DNA from: a virus
IMG/VR virus record: IMGVR_UViG_3300035667_000002
DNA: 63,101 bases
Strand: one strand, 5' to 3'
Shown here: positions 22,619 through 33,355 of the stretch, in pieces
Layout of the letters: each line of letters begins with the position of its first letter
Position numbering within the stretch: the stretch's first letter is position 1
Made by a program: the position numbers and the translations under genes
The notes under the pieces: generated by a model
Told to the model about the DNA's origin: nothing
The model's input: the letters and a program-made list of their open reading frames with translations, nothing else
The model's database searches: none

Positions 22619-25480
22619 ATGCAGGTGGGACGCGCGACGGTCGAGGTCGAGGGTGATGTTTCCGGCCTCGCACGCGACACCGAGCGCAAGATCGATGCCG
22701 CGCTCACCGCGATGCACATCGATCCGGTCGAGATCCCGGTCGACGTCGAGGGCGCGTTCGATGACGGAGTCCGGGCCGGCCGGGAAGCGGCCGACGGGTT
22801 CGTTGCCGGCGCGGACGGCAAACTCCGGGACTCCAAGGGCCGGTTCGCTGCCTCGGGCGCGGAGATCGGCAAGGACACGGGCGCGGCCATCGGCAGGGCC
22901 CTCGCGCCCGAGATCGAGAAGAACACCGACCATGACCGGATCGGTAAGTCGTTCGAGGCTTCGTTCTCGAACATCGGTCGCAACGTGGCCAAGGCGTTCG
23001 GTAAGTCGCTCAGCATCGGCATCCCGAACCTTCTCCCCCTGATCAAGCCCGCCCTGATCACGACCGGCCTGGGCATCGTGGCCGGCATTGCGGCGGTGGT
23101 GGGCCCGGTCCTCGGCTCCGCGATCGGCGCGGCGGTGCTCGCGGCCGGCGGCCTGGGCATCATCGGCCTGGGCGCGTTCCTGCTCAAAGAACAGCCGTCG
23201 CTGATCCGGGCGGCCAACCAGCTAGTTGACAGCCTCAAGTCAACGTTCGCCAAGGCGGCCAAGCCGCTCTTGGGTCCGTTGATCGACGCGCTCAACATCT
23301 TCCGGAACGCGCTCAAGGGCCTCGGTCCCGAGCTGAAAGAGGTGTTCGCGGGGCCGGCTGGCGCCGTGGACGACCTCGCGCGTGGGTTCCTCGGGTTCGT
23401 CAAAGAGGCGCTACCCGGACTCCAGTCGCTCTCCGCCGCGTCGGACGGGTTCCTCAAGGCGTTCGCGGCGGCGCTCCCCGGGCTCGGCGCCAGCTTCTCG
23501 CACCTGTTCGATCAGATTGCCAAGGCAAGCCCCGGCCTGACCGTGTTCTGGGTCGACTTCCTCAATGGTGTGGGTTGGGCAATCGAGAAGCTCGGGGACT
23601 TTATCCTCTGGTCCTCGCGCACGTACGTCGCGCTCAAGTCCGATTTCGGCAACATCGCGACCGTGATCCGTGGAGTCTGGGACGCGTTCCAGGACGGCAA
23701 GGGCATCGCGGGCGCGTTCAAGGTCATTCAGGATGCGCTACCGCCGGACTTCTTCGGGCGCGTGGTGAACGGTTTTGTTGACATCGTCAACAAGGGGTTC
23801 AACTACCTCGCGACCAACGCGCCGGCCGTCATCGACAAGATCCTTGATCTCAAAGAAGCCTTGATCAACTTGCTGATCAAGGGCCTGTTCGCGCTGGCCG
23901 AGAAGCTCCCGGACATCATCCCCGCGATCATCTCCGGGGCTCTTGATCTTGTGGACTCGCTGGTCGACAACCTCGTCAAGACCGCTCCCCGGCTGGTCGA
24001 GGCGGCCGGCGCGCTGATCAACGGCCTGGTGGACGGGATCGTCCAGTCGCTGCCCACGCTGATCCCTGGCGTGGTGCAGATCGTGACAACCCTGGTGATC
24101 GGGATCATCGGGCTCATCCCGACCATCATCCAGGCCGGCATCCGGCTGGTCCGTGGCCTCGTGCAGGGCCTGACCGAGGCCATCCCCGAGGTCGCGCGAG
24201 CGCTGATCACCGCGATCCCGGACATCATCGACGCGATCCTCACCGCGCTCCCGGCCGTGCTGCTGGCCGGCACCGACCTATTGCTTGCACTCGTGCAAGG
24301 GTTCTCGGACGCGCTCCCCCAGCTCATCACCGTGATCCAGTCGGACATTATCCCGCTGCTGGTCCAGACCCTCACGACCCAGGGGCCCCAGCTCATCGCG
24401 GCCGGCACGGCGGCGCTGGTCCAGTTCATCCAGGGGTGGACCGACAACATTTCGATGATCCTGGATCTGGTCACCAACACGATCATTCCCACGCTCACCG
24501 ACCTGTTCCAGGACAACCCCGAGGTCCAGCAGGCAGCGATTGACGTCCTGACCACGCTGCTTAACGCGTGGTCCCAGAACATCACGATATTGACCACGTT
24601 CTTTACGGACCAACTGTTCCCCCAGATCATCGAGGTGTTCCAGGAGAACCCGGACATCATCCAGGCGGCGGCCGACCTCCTGACTTTGATGGTCGACACA
24701 TTCACGGACAACATTGTCCTTATCACCGGGTGGATTACTGACGAGTTCATCCCCGCGTTCTCGGACGCGCTTGACGAGAACGGGCCGGCCATCGCGGAAG
24801 CCGCGAGCCAGCTCATGGTGGCGCTGCTCACCGCGCTGATCAAGGCGCTCCCGGACATCGTGCGCGCGGGGAACAAGCTCGGTGACGCGCTGGTCAAGGC
24901 CATCTTGGTCACGATCGGTGCGATGGCCGTTGCCGGCGCGCAACTAATCGGCTCGCTCCTCAAGGGGATCGCGCTCTCGTGGGCGGCCGGCGCGTCGAAC
25001 AGCCTGAACGCGATCAAGAACGGCATTGTCAAGTTCTTCGGTGCGGCCGGCGGCTGGCTCAAGGACGCGGGCCACCGCATCCTGGACGGCCTGCTCTCCG
25101 GCATCTCCGACCGGATCGGGGACCTCAAGAGCCTGTTGGGCTCGATCACCGGCCTAATCCCGGACTGGAAGGGCCCGGCCGACGTTGACGCCCGACTCCT
25201 GTACGACAACGGCGCGCTGATCATCGACGGTCTGGCCAAGGGCATGATGAGCCGGACCGGCCAGGTGGAGGATCTGCTCCGGAGCCTGACCAGCGACATC
25301 GGGGGCATCAACCTCGGGGGGAACATCCGAGGCGGTGACGGTGCTTCCTCGGGAGGGGCGCCGATCAACGTGTCGTTCGGCCCTGGGTCGATCATCGTGA
25401 ACGCGAGTTCCGCACAGGGCGGGACCGACGCGGCCGAGGCCATCCTGGAGCGCTTGGCCGGCGCGGTGCTGGTCCGGTAG
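22619..25480 (+). CDS. tape measure protein
   Basis: 953 aa with long hydrophobic/helical repeats, after the chaperones and before the minor tail proteins. Confidence 0.85.
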   Translation: MQVGRATVEVEGDVSGLARDTERKIDAALTAMHIDPVEIPVDVEGAFDDGVRAGREAADGFVAGADGKLRDSKGRFAASGAEIGKDTGAAIGRALAPEIEKNTDHDRIGKSFEASFSNIGRNVAKAFGKSLSIGIPNLLPLIKPALITTGLGIVAGIAAVVGPVLGSAIGAAVLAAGGLGIIGLGAFLLKEQPSLIRAANQLVDSLKSTFAKAAKPLLGPLIDALNIFRNALKGLGPELKEVFAGPAGAVDDLARGFLGFVKEALPGLQSLSAASDGFLKAFAAALPGLGASFSHLFDQIAKASPGLTVFWVDFLNGVGWAIEKLGDFILWSSRTYVALKSDFGNIATVIRGVWDAFQDGKGIAGAFKVIQDALPPDFFGRVVNGFVDIVNKGFNYLATNAPAVIDKILDLKEALINLLIKGLFALAEKLPDIIPAIISGALDLVDSLVDNLVKTAPRLVEAAGALINGLVDGIVQSLPTLIPGVVQIVTTLVIGIIGLIPTIIQAGIRLVRGLVQGLTEAIPEVARALITAIPDIIDAILTALPAVLLAGTDLLLALVQGFSDALPQLITVIQSDIIPLLVQTLTTQGPQLIAAGTAALVQFIQGWTDNISMILDLVTNTIIPTLTDLFQDNPEVQQAAIDVLTTLLNAWSQNITILTTFFTDQLFPQIIEVFQENPDIIQAAADLLTLMVDTFTDNIVLITGWITDEFIPAFSDALDENGPAIAEAASQLMVALLTALIKALPDIVRAGNKLGDALVKAILVTIGAMAVAGAQLIGSLLKGIALSWAAGASNSLNAIKNGIVKFFGAAGGWLKDAGHRILDGLLSGISDRIGDLKSLLGSITGLIPDWKGPADVDARLLYDNGALIIDGLAKGMMSRTGQVEDLLRSLTSDIGGINLGGNIRGGDGASSGGAPINVSFGPGSIIVNASSAQGGTDAAEAILERLAGAVLVR
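23226..23243. promoter_or_regulatory. intragenic operator-like palindrome
   Basis: TTGACagcctcaaGTCAA in the tape measure gene. Codons are cta gtt gac agc ctc aag tca. Confidence 0.45.
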
Positions 25481-25489
25481 GGGGAACCG

Positions 25490-28400
25490 ATGGCCTCGAT
25501 CACGACGCTCCGACCGAGCGCGGTCAGCTCGGGCGTGGGCTGGAGCGCGGTCCCGAGCGGTGACCTCGCGGATGTCACTAGCGACAACAACGACGCGACG
25601 TATGCACTCTGGTCCGGCTCCGGCTCGGCCATGATCCTGCCGACGCCGGTTGACGCACCGCCGGCCGGTGAGCGCCGGCACCTCGTGCGCCTCATCGCCC
25701 GTGGCGAGGACGGGGACGCGTGGTGGGCGGTGCGTACCCCGCTCGGCGCACTCGTGGCCGGCGCGGCCGGTTCGTTCACCGCGAGCCCGACCACGATCTC
25801 CGGCTCCTGGCAGGCCGGCGCGCCCACGGACGGCTCGATCGTGCTGAGCTGTTACGTCACCGGGCAGTCCACCGCCGTGAAGATCAACGAGCTGTTCCTA
25901 GAGGTCGACTCCAGGGAAGCGCCGACCTTTACCCCCCAGATCCTGGACGGGAGCGGCTCCAGCACCGTCACCGTGTCGGACACGGTCACACCTACCGTGC
26001 GCGCGTCCGCGCTCGACACGGACGGTCTGACGGCGCGGCTGTACCGGTTCTGGGTCACCCTCGCGGGCGCGATCGTCTGGGACACCGGGATCGTCTCGGG
26101 CACACCCGTCAACCGGCAGACCTCCCCCCTGGACAACGGCGCGTACGTGGCCAACCTCCAGGTCTGGAGCACCCTCGGGGCGAACACGCCGTACCCGAGT
26201 GAGGTCGAGACCCTGGCGTTCACCGTGGCCGTGGGCGAGGTGCCGATCCCGAGCGCGCCGACCGTGGCCGACGTGCCGGACACACCGTTCTTCTCGATCG
26301 AGGTATGCGCACCCGACATGTCGGGGTTCGATGACTACGCCGGGTATATCGAGGTCCAGCGGGTGGACTGCCCCCTGGGCGGATACCTGGCACTCCCGGG
26401 CTCCACGGGCGCGTACGCGAGCGCGCCTGACCTGGTGGACACCCTGCTCTACTCGTTCGACTCCACCGCCTCCCCGTGGGCCGGTGAGGGCGCTACCAGC
26501 GTGGCCCGCGTGACCACGCCCGTGCACGATGGTTCGGGCTCGCTGCGAGCCACCAAGGCGTTCGCGGGCACCGGGTTTGACGAGGCCCGGTTCAACGACG
26601 CGCAAGGGCTGCGCGACCTCACGCCCAACGGGCCGACGCTCAGCGCGTGGGTCTACGTGCCGGCGGCCGGCGGCGGGCTCGGGTGGCAGGCCCGGATGGA
26701 ACTCCAGGACCCTTCGTTCGCCTGGATTCCGGGGCCCAACTTCGTGGTGCCGTTCGACACCTGGACCCGGGTGGAGTACACCCCGGACCCGGCGCTCATG
26801 GTCTCGTGCCGCGCGATGGGGTTCGCCATCGGCGCGAACGACGTGGGCGGCAACCCGAACGTCTACGTGGACACGGTGGTGCAGGGGACCCCGCCGTTCC
26901 TGGACCCACCGACCGATCTTCGCATCACGGCCACCGCCGGCCGGGACGACGGCTGGCGACCGGCGGCCGACGAGGCTCTCGTCGGCAAGTGGGAGTTGGA
27001 CGACGATCAGCGCTCCTGGTTCCTGTTCCTGGACGCCGACGGGGAAGGGGACCCTAACCTCGCGGGCCGGCCGGCGCTCGCCTGGAGCGATGACGGGATC
27101 TCCGCCGCCGTGGCGTTCGCCACCGAGCGGATGCCGATCGACCCGTTCGGCAACATCACCATGCGCGCGACCCTGGACGTGGACAACGGGGCCGGCGGCT
27201 GGACCGTCACGTTCGAGACCCTCGATGAGGACGCGGCCTGGGTCCAGCTCGGCGCGCCCGTCACCCTGGCCGGCACCACCTCGATTTTCCCGGGCTCGGC
27301 TCCGCTCACTGTGGGCGCGACGCTGGACACCGGGGTACCGGTGAACCTGTTCACTGGGCGGATCTACTCGGTCCAGGTGACCGACCCGAGCACCGGCAAC
27401 TTGTACGCCGACCCGGATTTCACCGGGCGGGTACCGGGCACCGACACGATCACCGACTCGACCGGCAACGTCTGGGTTATCCACTCTCCGGCGGCGCTCG
27501 CGAGCACCACGGCGGTCACGACCCTGGCCATGCTCGGCCCGCTCGCGACCGACGAGTGTGGCGACTGGACCGACTTCACCCTCCCCCGGGCGCGCGTAGG
27601 GCGCGCGTGCGACCACCCAGGGGAGCCGTGCTGCTCGTACTACCGGGCGCGCACCGTGGGCCGCGTGGATGGCTCTCTGTTGGTCTCGGACTGGTCTGAC
27701 GCGTGGAGCCCTGGCATCCCGGCCGGCCTGATCTTTGCGTGGCCTGACAGTGAAGTGTCAATTCCCACCGGCTGGCGGCGCGTTGCCGCGCTGGACGCCA
27801 GGCACCCGAAGGGCGTGGCCAACGTCGTGACACAGCCCGGTGTCACGGGCGGCGCGGCCAGCCACGCGCACACGACCGACAACCACGCCCACGACCTCGC
27901 GCACACCCACACAATGACCGGCAACACCGGCACGGCAAGCAACGCGTTCAACTCGAACGATGGTGTGGCCGGAACGCTGGGCTACCTGGCCAGCCACGTG
28001 CACGCGCGGCCGGCGGTCACCAGTTCCAGCGTGGCGGTCTCGCCGGACGCTTCCCCAGGCTCGGACGCGGTGGGCAACGATCCCGCGCTCCTGGACGTGG
28101 TCTGGATCGAGAGCAACGGCCAGCCTCTCGGGGTGCCACCGCACGCGCTCAGCATCATGGGCGACATCGCGCCGGCCGGCTGGACCACGTACGCGAACGC
28201 CACCGACCGGTTCCCCAAGGGCGCGGCGGCCGGCGGAGCCGGCGGCGGCACCCACGCGTCCGCCGTGGCCAGCCACACCCACACCATCGACGCGCACACC
28301 CACGCGGCCATCACCCACGGCCACACCGCCGCGAACACCGGCAACGCCACCGGCAACAAGTCGTTCTTCGCCGGCCCGTCGGCAACGACGTGGGCGGCCA

Positions 28401-29389
28401 CGCACAACCACCCGGTGGCGATCACCCAGAACACCACCGCCGCGCTGGCCTCAACCAGCGGCGGCACCACGGGCGCGGCCAGCGCCAGCCCGGAACCGCC
28501 GTGGCGCAAGCTCCGGGTGCGCGAGAACACCTCGGGCTCTCCGGATCTGCCGGTGGGTGTCATCGGGCTCTGGCGCGGTGCGCTCGGCACCATCCCCGAG
28601 CCGTGGCAACTGTGCGACGGCTCGAACGGCACCCCGGACATGCTCGGCCGGTACGTCAAGGGCGCGACCACGGGTGTCGGTGACACCGGGGGGAGCCTGG
28701 CCGATCACGACCACACGACCCCGAACCACACCCACGCGACGACCGGGCACAGTCACGTCACGACGGTCCACCAGAGCGCGGCGACCACGGCCAACATCCC
28801 GGCCACGGGCGCGGTTCAGACCATGAACGCGGTTCACGTTCACAGCAACCCGGACACCGACTCGACCACGCCGACACCGGGCAACGCGGGCAACGTGGGC
28901 ACCAACACGACCGACACCGAGCCCCCGTTCGAGGAAGTGGCGTTCGTCCAGCTCATGGACGAACCGGTGCCACCGCCGGCCCCGCCTACCTTCTGCCTGG
29001 ACTGGAACCCGGACGAGGCCCTGATCCGGACCAACTCCCCGAGCGGCCCGCTCTGGGCTCCGGTGTGGGGCCGGTTCGAGTGGGCCAAAGAGCGGCCGTT
29101 CACGGCAGAGGTGGGGGTCATGGGCTCGCGGTTCGTGACCACCGCACCGCCAGGGGGCCGGAACATGATCATGACCGCCGCCGTGGAGTCCGAGGCTGAG
29201 CTGGCCCAGCTCCGCGCGGTGCTCGCGCGGCCCCTGGTTCTCATCTCCCCGATCGACACCGCCGAGGTTTGGGCCTCGCCCGTGGCCGAGACCGTCAAGA
29301 TCGTCAAGGTGGGCCGCATCCGCCAGGTCACCGCCTCGTTCATCGGCACCGGCCCGGAGCCACCGCCGCAACTGGCCGACGTCGCGTGA
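25490..29389 (+). CDS. minor tail/fibre protein with three tail-collar-like HxH repeat modules
   Basis: 1299 aa. IPxGW...PDMLGRY... followed by HxHxH tracts (SHAHTTDNHAHDLAHTH and similar). Paralog of 29420..32218. Confidence 0.8.
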   Translation: MASITTLRPSAVSSGVGWSAVPSGDLADVTSDNNDATYALWSGSGSAMILPTPVDAPPAGERRHLVRLIARGEDGDAWWAVRTPLGALVAGAAGSFTASPTTISGSWQAGAPTDGSIVLSCYVTGQSTAVKINELFLEVDSREAPTFTPQILDGSGSSTVTVSDTVTPTVRASALDTDGLTARLYRFWVTLAGAIVWDTGIVSGTPVNRQTSPLDNGAYVANLQVWSTLGANTPYPSEVETLAFTVAVGEVPIPSAPTVADVPDTPFFSIEVCAPDMSGFDDYAGYIEVQRVDCPLGGYLALPGSTGAYASAPDLVDTLLYSFDSTASPWAGEGATSVARVTTPVHDGSGSLRATKAFAGTGFDEARFNDAQGLRDLTPNGPTLSAWVYVPAAGGGLGWQARMELQDPSFAWIPGPNFVVPFDTWTRVEYTPDPALMVSCRAMGFAIGANDVGGNPNVYVDTVVQGTPPFLDPPTDLRITATAGRDDGWRPAADEALVGKWELDDDQRSWFLFLDADGEGDPNLAGRPALAWSDDGISAAVAFATERMPIDPFGNITMRATLDVDNGAGGWTVTFETLDEDAAWVQLGAPVTLAGTTSIFPGSAPLTVGATLDTGVPVNLFTGRIYSVQVTDPSTGNLYADPDFTGRVPGTDTITDSTGNVWVIHSPAALASTTAVTTLAMLGPLATDECGDWTDFTLPRARVGRACDHPGEPCCSYYRARTVGRVDGSLLVSDWSDAWSPGIPAGLIFAWPDSEVSIPTGWRRVAALDARHPKGVANVVTQPGVTGGAASHAHTTDNHAHDLAHTHTMTGNTGTASNAFNSNDGVAGTLGYLASHVHARPAVTSSSVAVSPDASPGSDAVGNDPALLDVVWIESNGQPLGVPPHALSIMGDIAPAGWTTYANATDRFPKGAAAGGAGGGTHASAVASHTHTIDAHTHAAITHGHTAANTGNATGNKSFFAGPSATTWAATHNHPVAITQNTTAALASTSGGTTGAASASPEPPWRKLRVRENTSGSPDLPVGVIGLWRGALGTIPEPWQLCDGSNGTPDMLGRYVKGATTGVGDTGGSLADHDHTTPNHTHATTGHSHVTTVHQSAATTANIPATGAVQTMNAVHVHSNPDTDSTTPTPGNAGNVGTNTTDTEPPFEEVAFVQLMDEPVPPPAPPTFCLDWNPDEALIRTNSPSGPLWAPVWGRFEWAKERPFTAEVGVMGSRFVTTAPPGGRNMIMTAAVESEAELAQLRAVLARPLVLISPIDTAEVWASPVAETVKIVKVGRIRQVTASFIGTGPEPPPQLADVA
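27744..27761. promoter_or_regulatory. intragenic operator-like palindrome
   Basis: cTGACagtgaagtGTCAA in 25490..29389. Codons are cct gac agt gaa gtg tca att. Confidence 0.45.
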
Positions 29390-29419
29390 TGTCACAACCG
29401 GATTGGGTAGGGTGACACC

Positions 29420-32218
29420 GTGGCAACCACCGACACCGTTCGACCGGTCAGCATCGAAAAGACCGGTGGTGGGACCACCGTGCCCTCCGGCACCAAAAAC
29501 GCGGTCACCAGCGACAACTCGGACCTGACCTATATCAACTTCCCCTCGGCCAGCACGTCGAACAACTGGTCCCTACGCCTCGGGCCGCACACCCCGGCCG
29601 CGAACCACCAGCGCCACCGCGTCCGGGGCCGGATCAAGATCCGCACCGACGTGGGCGGAGCGACCGAGGACATCGACCTCGGGCGGGGTACCGCCGCGTT
29701 CATCGAGTTCGATCACGTGGCGGTCACCGCGACGTTCACCGACACCCCCGGCTCCTGGTATCAGAACTCGGAGTACGGCCTGGCGACAGCCGGCGCGCTC
29801 TCGGACCTCAACATCGGCGGCGGCTGGATCAACTCCCAGACCGGCGGCGCGGCGGCGCTGCGCACGTCGGAGTGCTACGTCGATATTGACTGCCGCGCCC
29901 GGCCTGACTACTCCCCCGAGGTGCGCGACGCGGCCGGCGCGGACCAGAGCGGCGGCACGGTCACCGACACCAGTCAGCCGGTTCTGTTCTTCGGTAGCCC
30001 GTCATACGACGGACTTCCGCCGCTCTCCTGGGCGGTCGAGGTCGGCCCGTTCAGTGCCTCGGGATCGGGCACTCCGCCTACCCAGGTCCAGGTGACCGAC
30101 AACCTGGCCAACGCGTCGTACACCGCCGTGTTCACCGTGCGCAGCACGATCCGGGGCGCGGACCCGTTCGAGCACGTCGAGGAGATCGACTTCACGCTCG
30201 ACAACGAGGTCCCGGCACCGAGCCCGCCCATCATGAGCGTGACCGAGGAGTTCGGCGGCTACCGCGTCGACTGGAACGACCCGGGCGGCCAGCCGTGGGA
30301 CAACGGGTACGTGGTGGCCGAGGTGTTCCGCGACGACTGCAACGGCTCCCAGCGCATTGCCACCGTGCCCGACGGGATCAACGGCACGTACCTGGACCTG
30401 GCTATCCCCCAGCTCGACCCGATCACCGGCCTGTCCGGCGGGGTGTGCACCACGCACACCGAGCCGTGCGACATCACCTATCGGGTTCGTTACTGGGGGT
30501 TCGTCTCGACGTTCGTCACGCTGCCGGACACCATCCCTGCGGACATGATCCTGGGCTGGCCATCCACCGCCGGCTCGATCCCGAGCGGCTGGTCCCGGAT
30601 CACCGCGCTGGACGGGTTCTACCCGCGCGGCTCGAACGGCACCGCCGCACCGACCGCAACCGGTGGTGCTGCCACGCACCAGCACACCACGCCCGGACAC
30701 ACGCACTCGATCGCGGCCCACGGCCACACCCTCGGGGGCAGCGTCTCCAGCTCGGGCGCCAGCACGACCTCGGCCCGGTTCAACGGCGCGAGCAAGGACC
30801 AGGCCAACCAGCCCCACACGCACGCGCGCCCGAACTCGGTGGGATCGTTCGGCGCGGTCACCTCGGGCAACACCGCGCCGGCCACCGACGCGGCCAACAA
30901 CGTGCCTCCGTCGCGCGAGGTGATCTGGATTCGCTCCGACGGTGCACAGGCTCAGTACCCGGCCGGCATCCTCGGATGGGCCACCGAGGCGGTCTCGGGT
31001 TGGGACACGGACGCGCTCAGCTCGGGCCGGTTCCTGCGCGGTGCGGCGGCGGCCGGCAACGGCGGAGCCCAGACCGGCGCGAGCACCCACCAGCACACCG
31101 TGGCGGCGCACACCCACACCGGCCCGACACACGGCCACTCGATCGGGGGGACCGGTCTCAGCTCCCCCGTGGGTACCGACGCCGGCACCGGATCGAGCAC
31201 GCCACGCTGGCTCCCGAGGCACACGCACCCGATGTCCGTGGACTCGGTGGGCATGGGCGGACCGCAGAGTTCGAGCGGTCTCGCAACCAGCGCGGCCACC
31301 CTGGAGCCGTTGAACCGCCGGCTCCGCGTGCTGCGCAACGTGGGCGGCGGCACCCAGACCCGGATCATCGGGCTCTACAACGGCGCGGTGGCCGACCTGG
31401 ACCCGCTCCTGACCTTGTGCAACGGCGCGAGCGGCACACCCGACATGCGCACGTGGTTCGCTCGGGACGCGGGCTCGGACTCGATCAACTCGACCGGCGG
31501 CGCGAACGCGCACACCCACACGACGGTGACCCACGACCACTCGATGCCGTCCCACCAGCACGACACGGACACCGGAGTCTCGGCCACCAGCTCGTTCGAG
31601 GCACCGTCGTTCGGTGACCTGGGCGACTCTCCGACGGCTAACCACACGCACACCTCCGGGGCCACCGCGTTGACGGCTCCGGGCGTGAGCGTGGCCGCCT
31701 CGGGCGTCACGAACTCGGTCTCGAACGTGCCCGTCTACAAAGAGGCTCACTTTGTGCGCCTGGACGGCACGATCTCGGGGGGACCTATCCCGGTGCCCGA
31801 GCTGAAGACGTCGGAGTACGCCTCGATCACCGTTCCCGCGTTCACCTACGGAGACGGCCTGGACCGGCTGGCCACCCGCACCGACAAGATCGCGGTGGGC
31901 CCGGACCGGTCGCACGCGTTCCCGCGCTCGGTGACCGACGATATCCCGCTGGAGGGCGGGCTTCCGTCGGTCTCGGTCACCGCTGCTGGCGAGGACATGA
32001 CCCTCGTGCTGGCGGTCGAGGGGAACGAGGCGATCGACAAGTTGGAGGCCATGCTCGGCGAGGATGAGGTCTACTTCTCCCCCCTGGGCGGCACGGCCGG
32101 CTGGTACGCGCCGGCCGGTTGGGCGGTCCGCTCGCCTACCCCGAACGTCTGGGTTCTGTCCGTGACCATGGTGTTGATCCCGTGGCCGCCGGTAGACGGG
32201 CCCGAGGCGTTCCTGTGA
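29420..32218 (+). CDS. minor tail/fibre protein with three tail-collar-like HxH repeat modules
   Basis: 932 aa, with the same N-terminal pattern and HxH modules as 25490..29389. Confidence 0.8.
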   Translation: MATTDTVRPVSIEKTGGGTTVPSGTKNAVTSDNSDLTYINFPSASTSNNWSLRLGPHTPAANHQRHRVRGRIKIRTDVGGATEDIDLGRGTAAFIEFDHVAVTATFTDTPGSWYQNSEYGLATAGALSDLNIGGGWINSQTGGAAALRTSECYVDIDCRARPDYSPEVRDAAGADQSGGTVTDTSQPVLFFGSPSYDGLPPLSWAVEVGPFSASGSGTPPTQVQVTDNLANASYTAVFTVRSTIRGADPFEHVEEIDFTLDNEVPAPSPPIMSVTEEFGGYRVDWNDPGGQPWDNGYVVAEVFRDDCNGSQRIATVPDGINGTYLDLAIPQLDPITGLSGGVCTTHTEPCDITYRVRYWGFVSTFVTLPDTIPADMILGWPSTAGSIPSGWSRITALDGFYPRGSNGTAAPTATGGAATHQHTTPGHTHSIAAHGHTLGGSVSSSGASTTSARFNGASKDQANQPHTHARPNSVGSFGAVTSGNTAPATDAANNVPPSREVIWIRSDGAQAQYPAGILGWATEAVSGWDTDALSSGRFLRGAAAAGNGGAQTGASTHQHTVAAHTHTGPTHGHSIGGTGLSSPVGTDAGTGSSTPRWLPRHTHPMSVDSVGMGGPQSSSGLATSAATLEPLNRRLRVLRNVGGGTQTRIIGLYNGAVADLDPLLTLCNGASGTPDMRTWFARDAGSDSINSTGGANAHTHTTVTHDHSMPSHQHDTDTGVSATSSFEAPSFGDLGDSPTANHTHTSGATALTAPGVSVAASGVTNSVSNVPVYKEAHFVRLDGTISGGPIPVPELKTSEYASITVPAFTYGDGLDRLATRTDKIAVGPDRSHAFPRSVTDDIPLEGGLPSVSVTAAGEDMTLVLAVEGNEAIDKLEAMLGEDEVYFSPLGGTAGWYAPAGWAVRSPTPNVWVLSVTMVLIPWPPVDGPEAFL

Positions 32219-32281
32219 CCCTGACCTGGGGAAACGTAGGGCCCGGGCGTCTCATGATCAACGTCCACAAGGGAGGGTGAA

Positions 32282-33355
32282 GTGGCTACCAGGCTACCCA
32301 GCGCGCGGCACCAGGCGGCGCTCAACCAGCCCACCGGCTACAAGCGGTTCACCCGCATCACGGCCCAGCGCGGCGGTATGTCGCTGGACCTGGAGCCGAC
32401 CTCCGGGAGCTTCACCCAGGACGCGCGCCGCGCCGGCCGGTGGGACGGCCGGCTCTCGTTCGCGGGCTCGCAGTATCTGCCGACGCGGCCCGGTGATCTG
32501 CTCACGCCGTTCGGGACCATCATCGACGTGGAGATGGGCCTGGAGCTTCTTGACGGTTCAGTGTCAACGGTGCCGTGTGGGACCTACGAGATTTCGACCT
32601 CGCGGACCCGGACCTCGGCCGATGCCCAGATCACCGACGTGGCCCTCTCCGACGTCTCGGGACGCGTCGAGCGCTACCGGTTCGAGGACGCGTTCACCGT
32701 GCCCACCACGACCGACCTCGCCGCGATGATCAACGCGGTGGTCACCTCGCGCACCGGTATCAACCCGAACGTGACGCCCACCGGCCGGTTCCTCGGGGCC
32801 AACCGGGTGTTCGGCCTGGACCCAGGTACCGCGCCGTGGAGCGAGCTTCTCGACGTGCTCCAGGGGTTCAGCCTGACCGCCTGGTATGACCGCGTGGGGC
32901 ACATCGTGGTTGGTGTCCAGAACCCCGACCCGGCCGGCGCGTACCCCCTCGATCAGCTCACGTCGCTGAGCGCCGACTTTGACACCCGGCCACCGAACGT
33001 CGTGGTGGTCAGGGGTGAGCCCCAGGACGGCACCACGCCCGTCCAGGCGGTCGCTATGGACGACGACCCCGGGAGCCCTACCTACGCGGGCAGTGCGCCA
33101 GGGTCGAGCCCGTACGGGCGCGTGACGTACTTTTTCAGCTCCCCCCTGCTGGAGACCCAGGCGGCGGCCGACGCGGCGGCGGCTACCGTGCTGGCCAACA
33201 ACGTCGGGGCCGGCGCGACGTACAGCCTGATCCGGCCGTACGACCCGACGGTCGATGCCGGGGACGTGATCGCGGTCCAGGGCAAGAACATCGCGGTCGA
33301 CGCGGTGACCGTCGACATCACCGGTCTCACGACCATGGCCGTCCGGGAGTTGTGA
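32282..33355 (+). CDS. minor tail protein
   Basis: 357 aa. Called from its position in the tail-tip module. Confidence 0.55.
   Translation: MATRLPSARHQAALNQPTGYKRFTRITAQRGGMSLDLEPTSGSFTQDARRAGRWDGRLSFAGSQYLPTRPGDLLTPFGTIIDVEMGLELLDGSVSTVPCGTYEISTSRTRTSADAQITDVALSDVSGRVERYRFEDAFTVPTTTDLAAMINAVVTSRTGINPNVTPTGRFLGANRVFGLDPGTAPWSELLDVLQGFSLTAWYDRVGHIVVGVQNPDPAGAYPLDQLTSLSADFDTRPPNVVVVRGEPQDGTTPVQAVAMDDDPGSPTYAGSAPGSSPYGRVTYFFSSPLLETQAAADAAAATVLANNVGAGATYSLIRPYDPTVDAGDVIAVQGKNIAVDAVTVDITGLTTMAVREL
32550..32567. promoter_or_regulatory. intragenic operator-like palindrome
   Basis: TTGACggttcagtGTCAA in 32282..33355. Confidence 0.45.

Noticed and set aside
23776-23790. TTGACATCGTCAA in the tape measure gene as another operator copy
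   Set aside because: The arms are right, but the spacing is 3 nt instead of 8. It was not counted.
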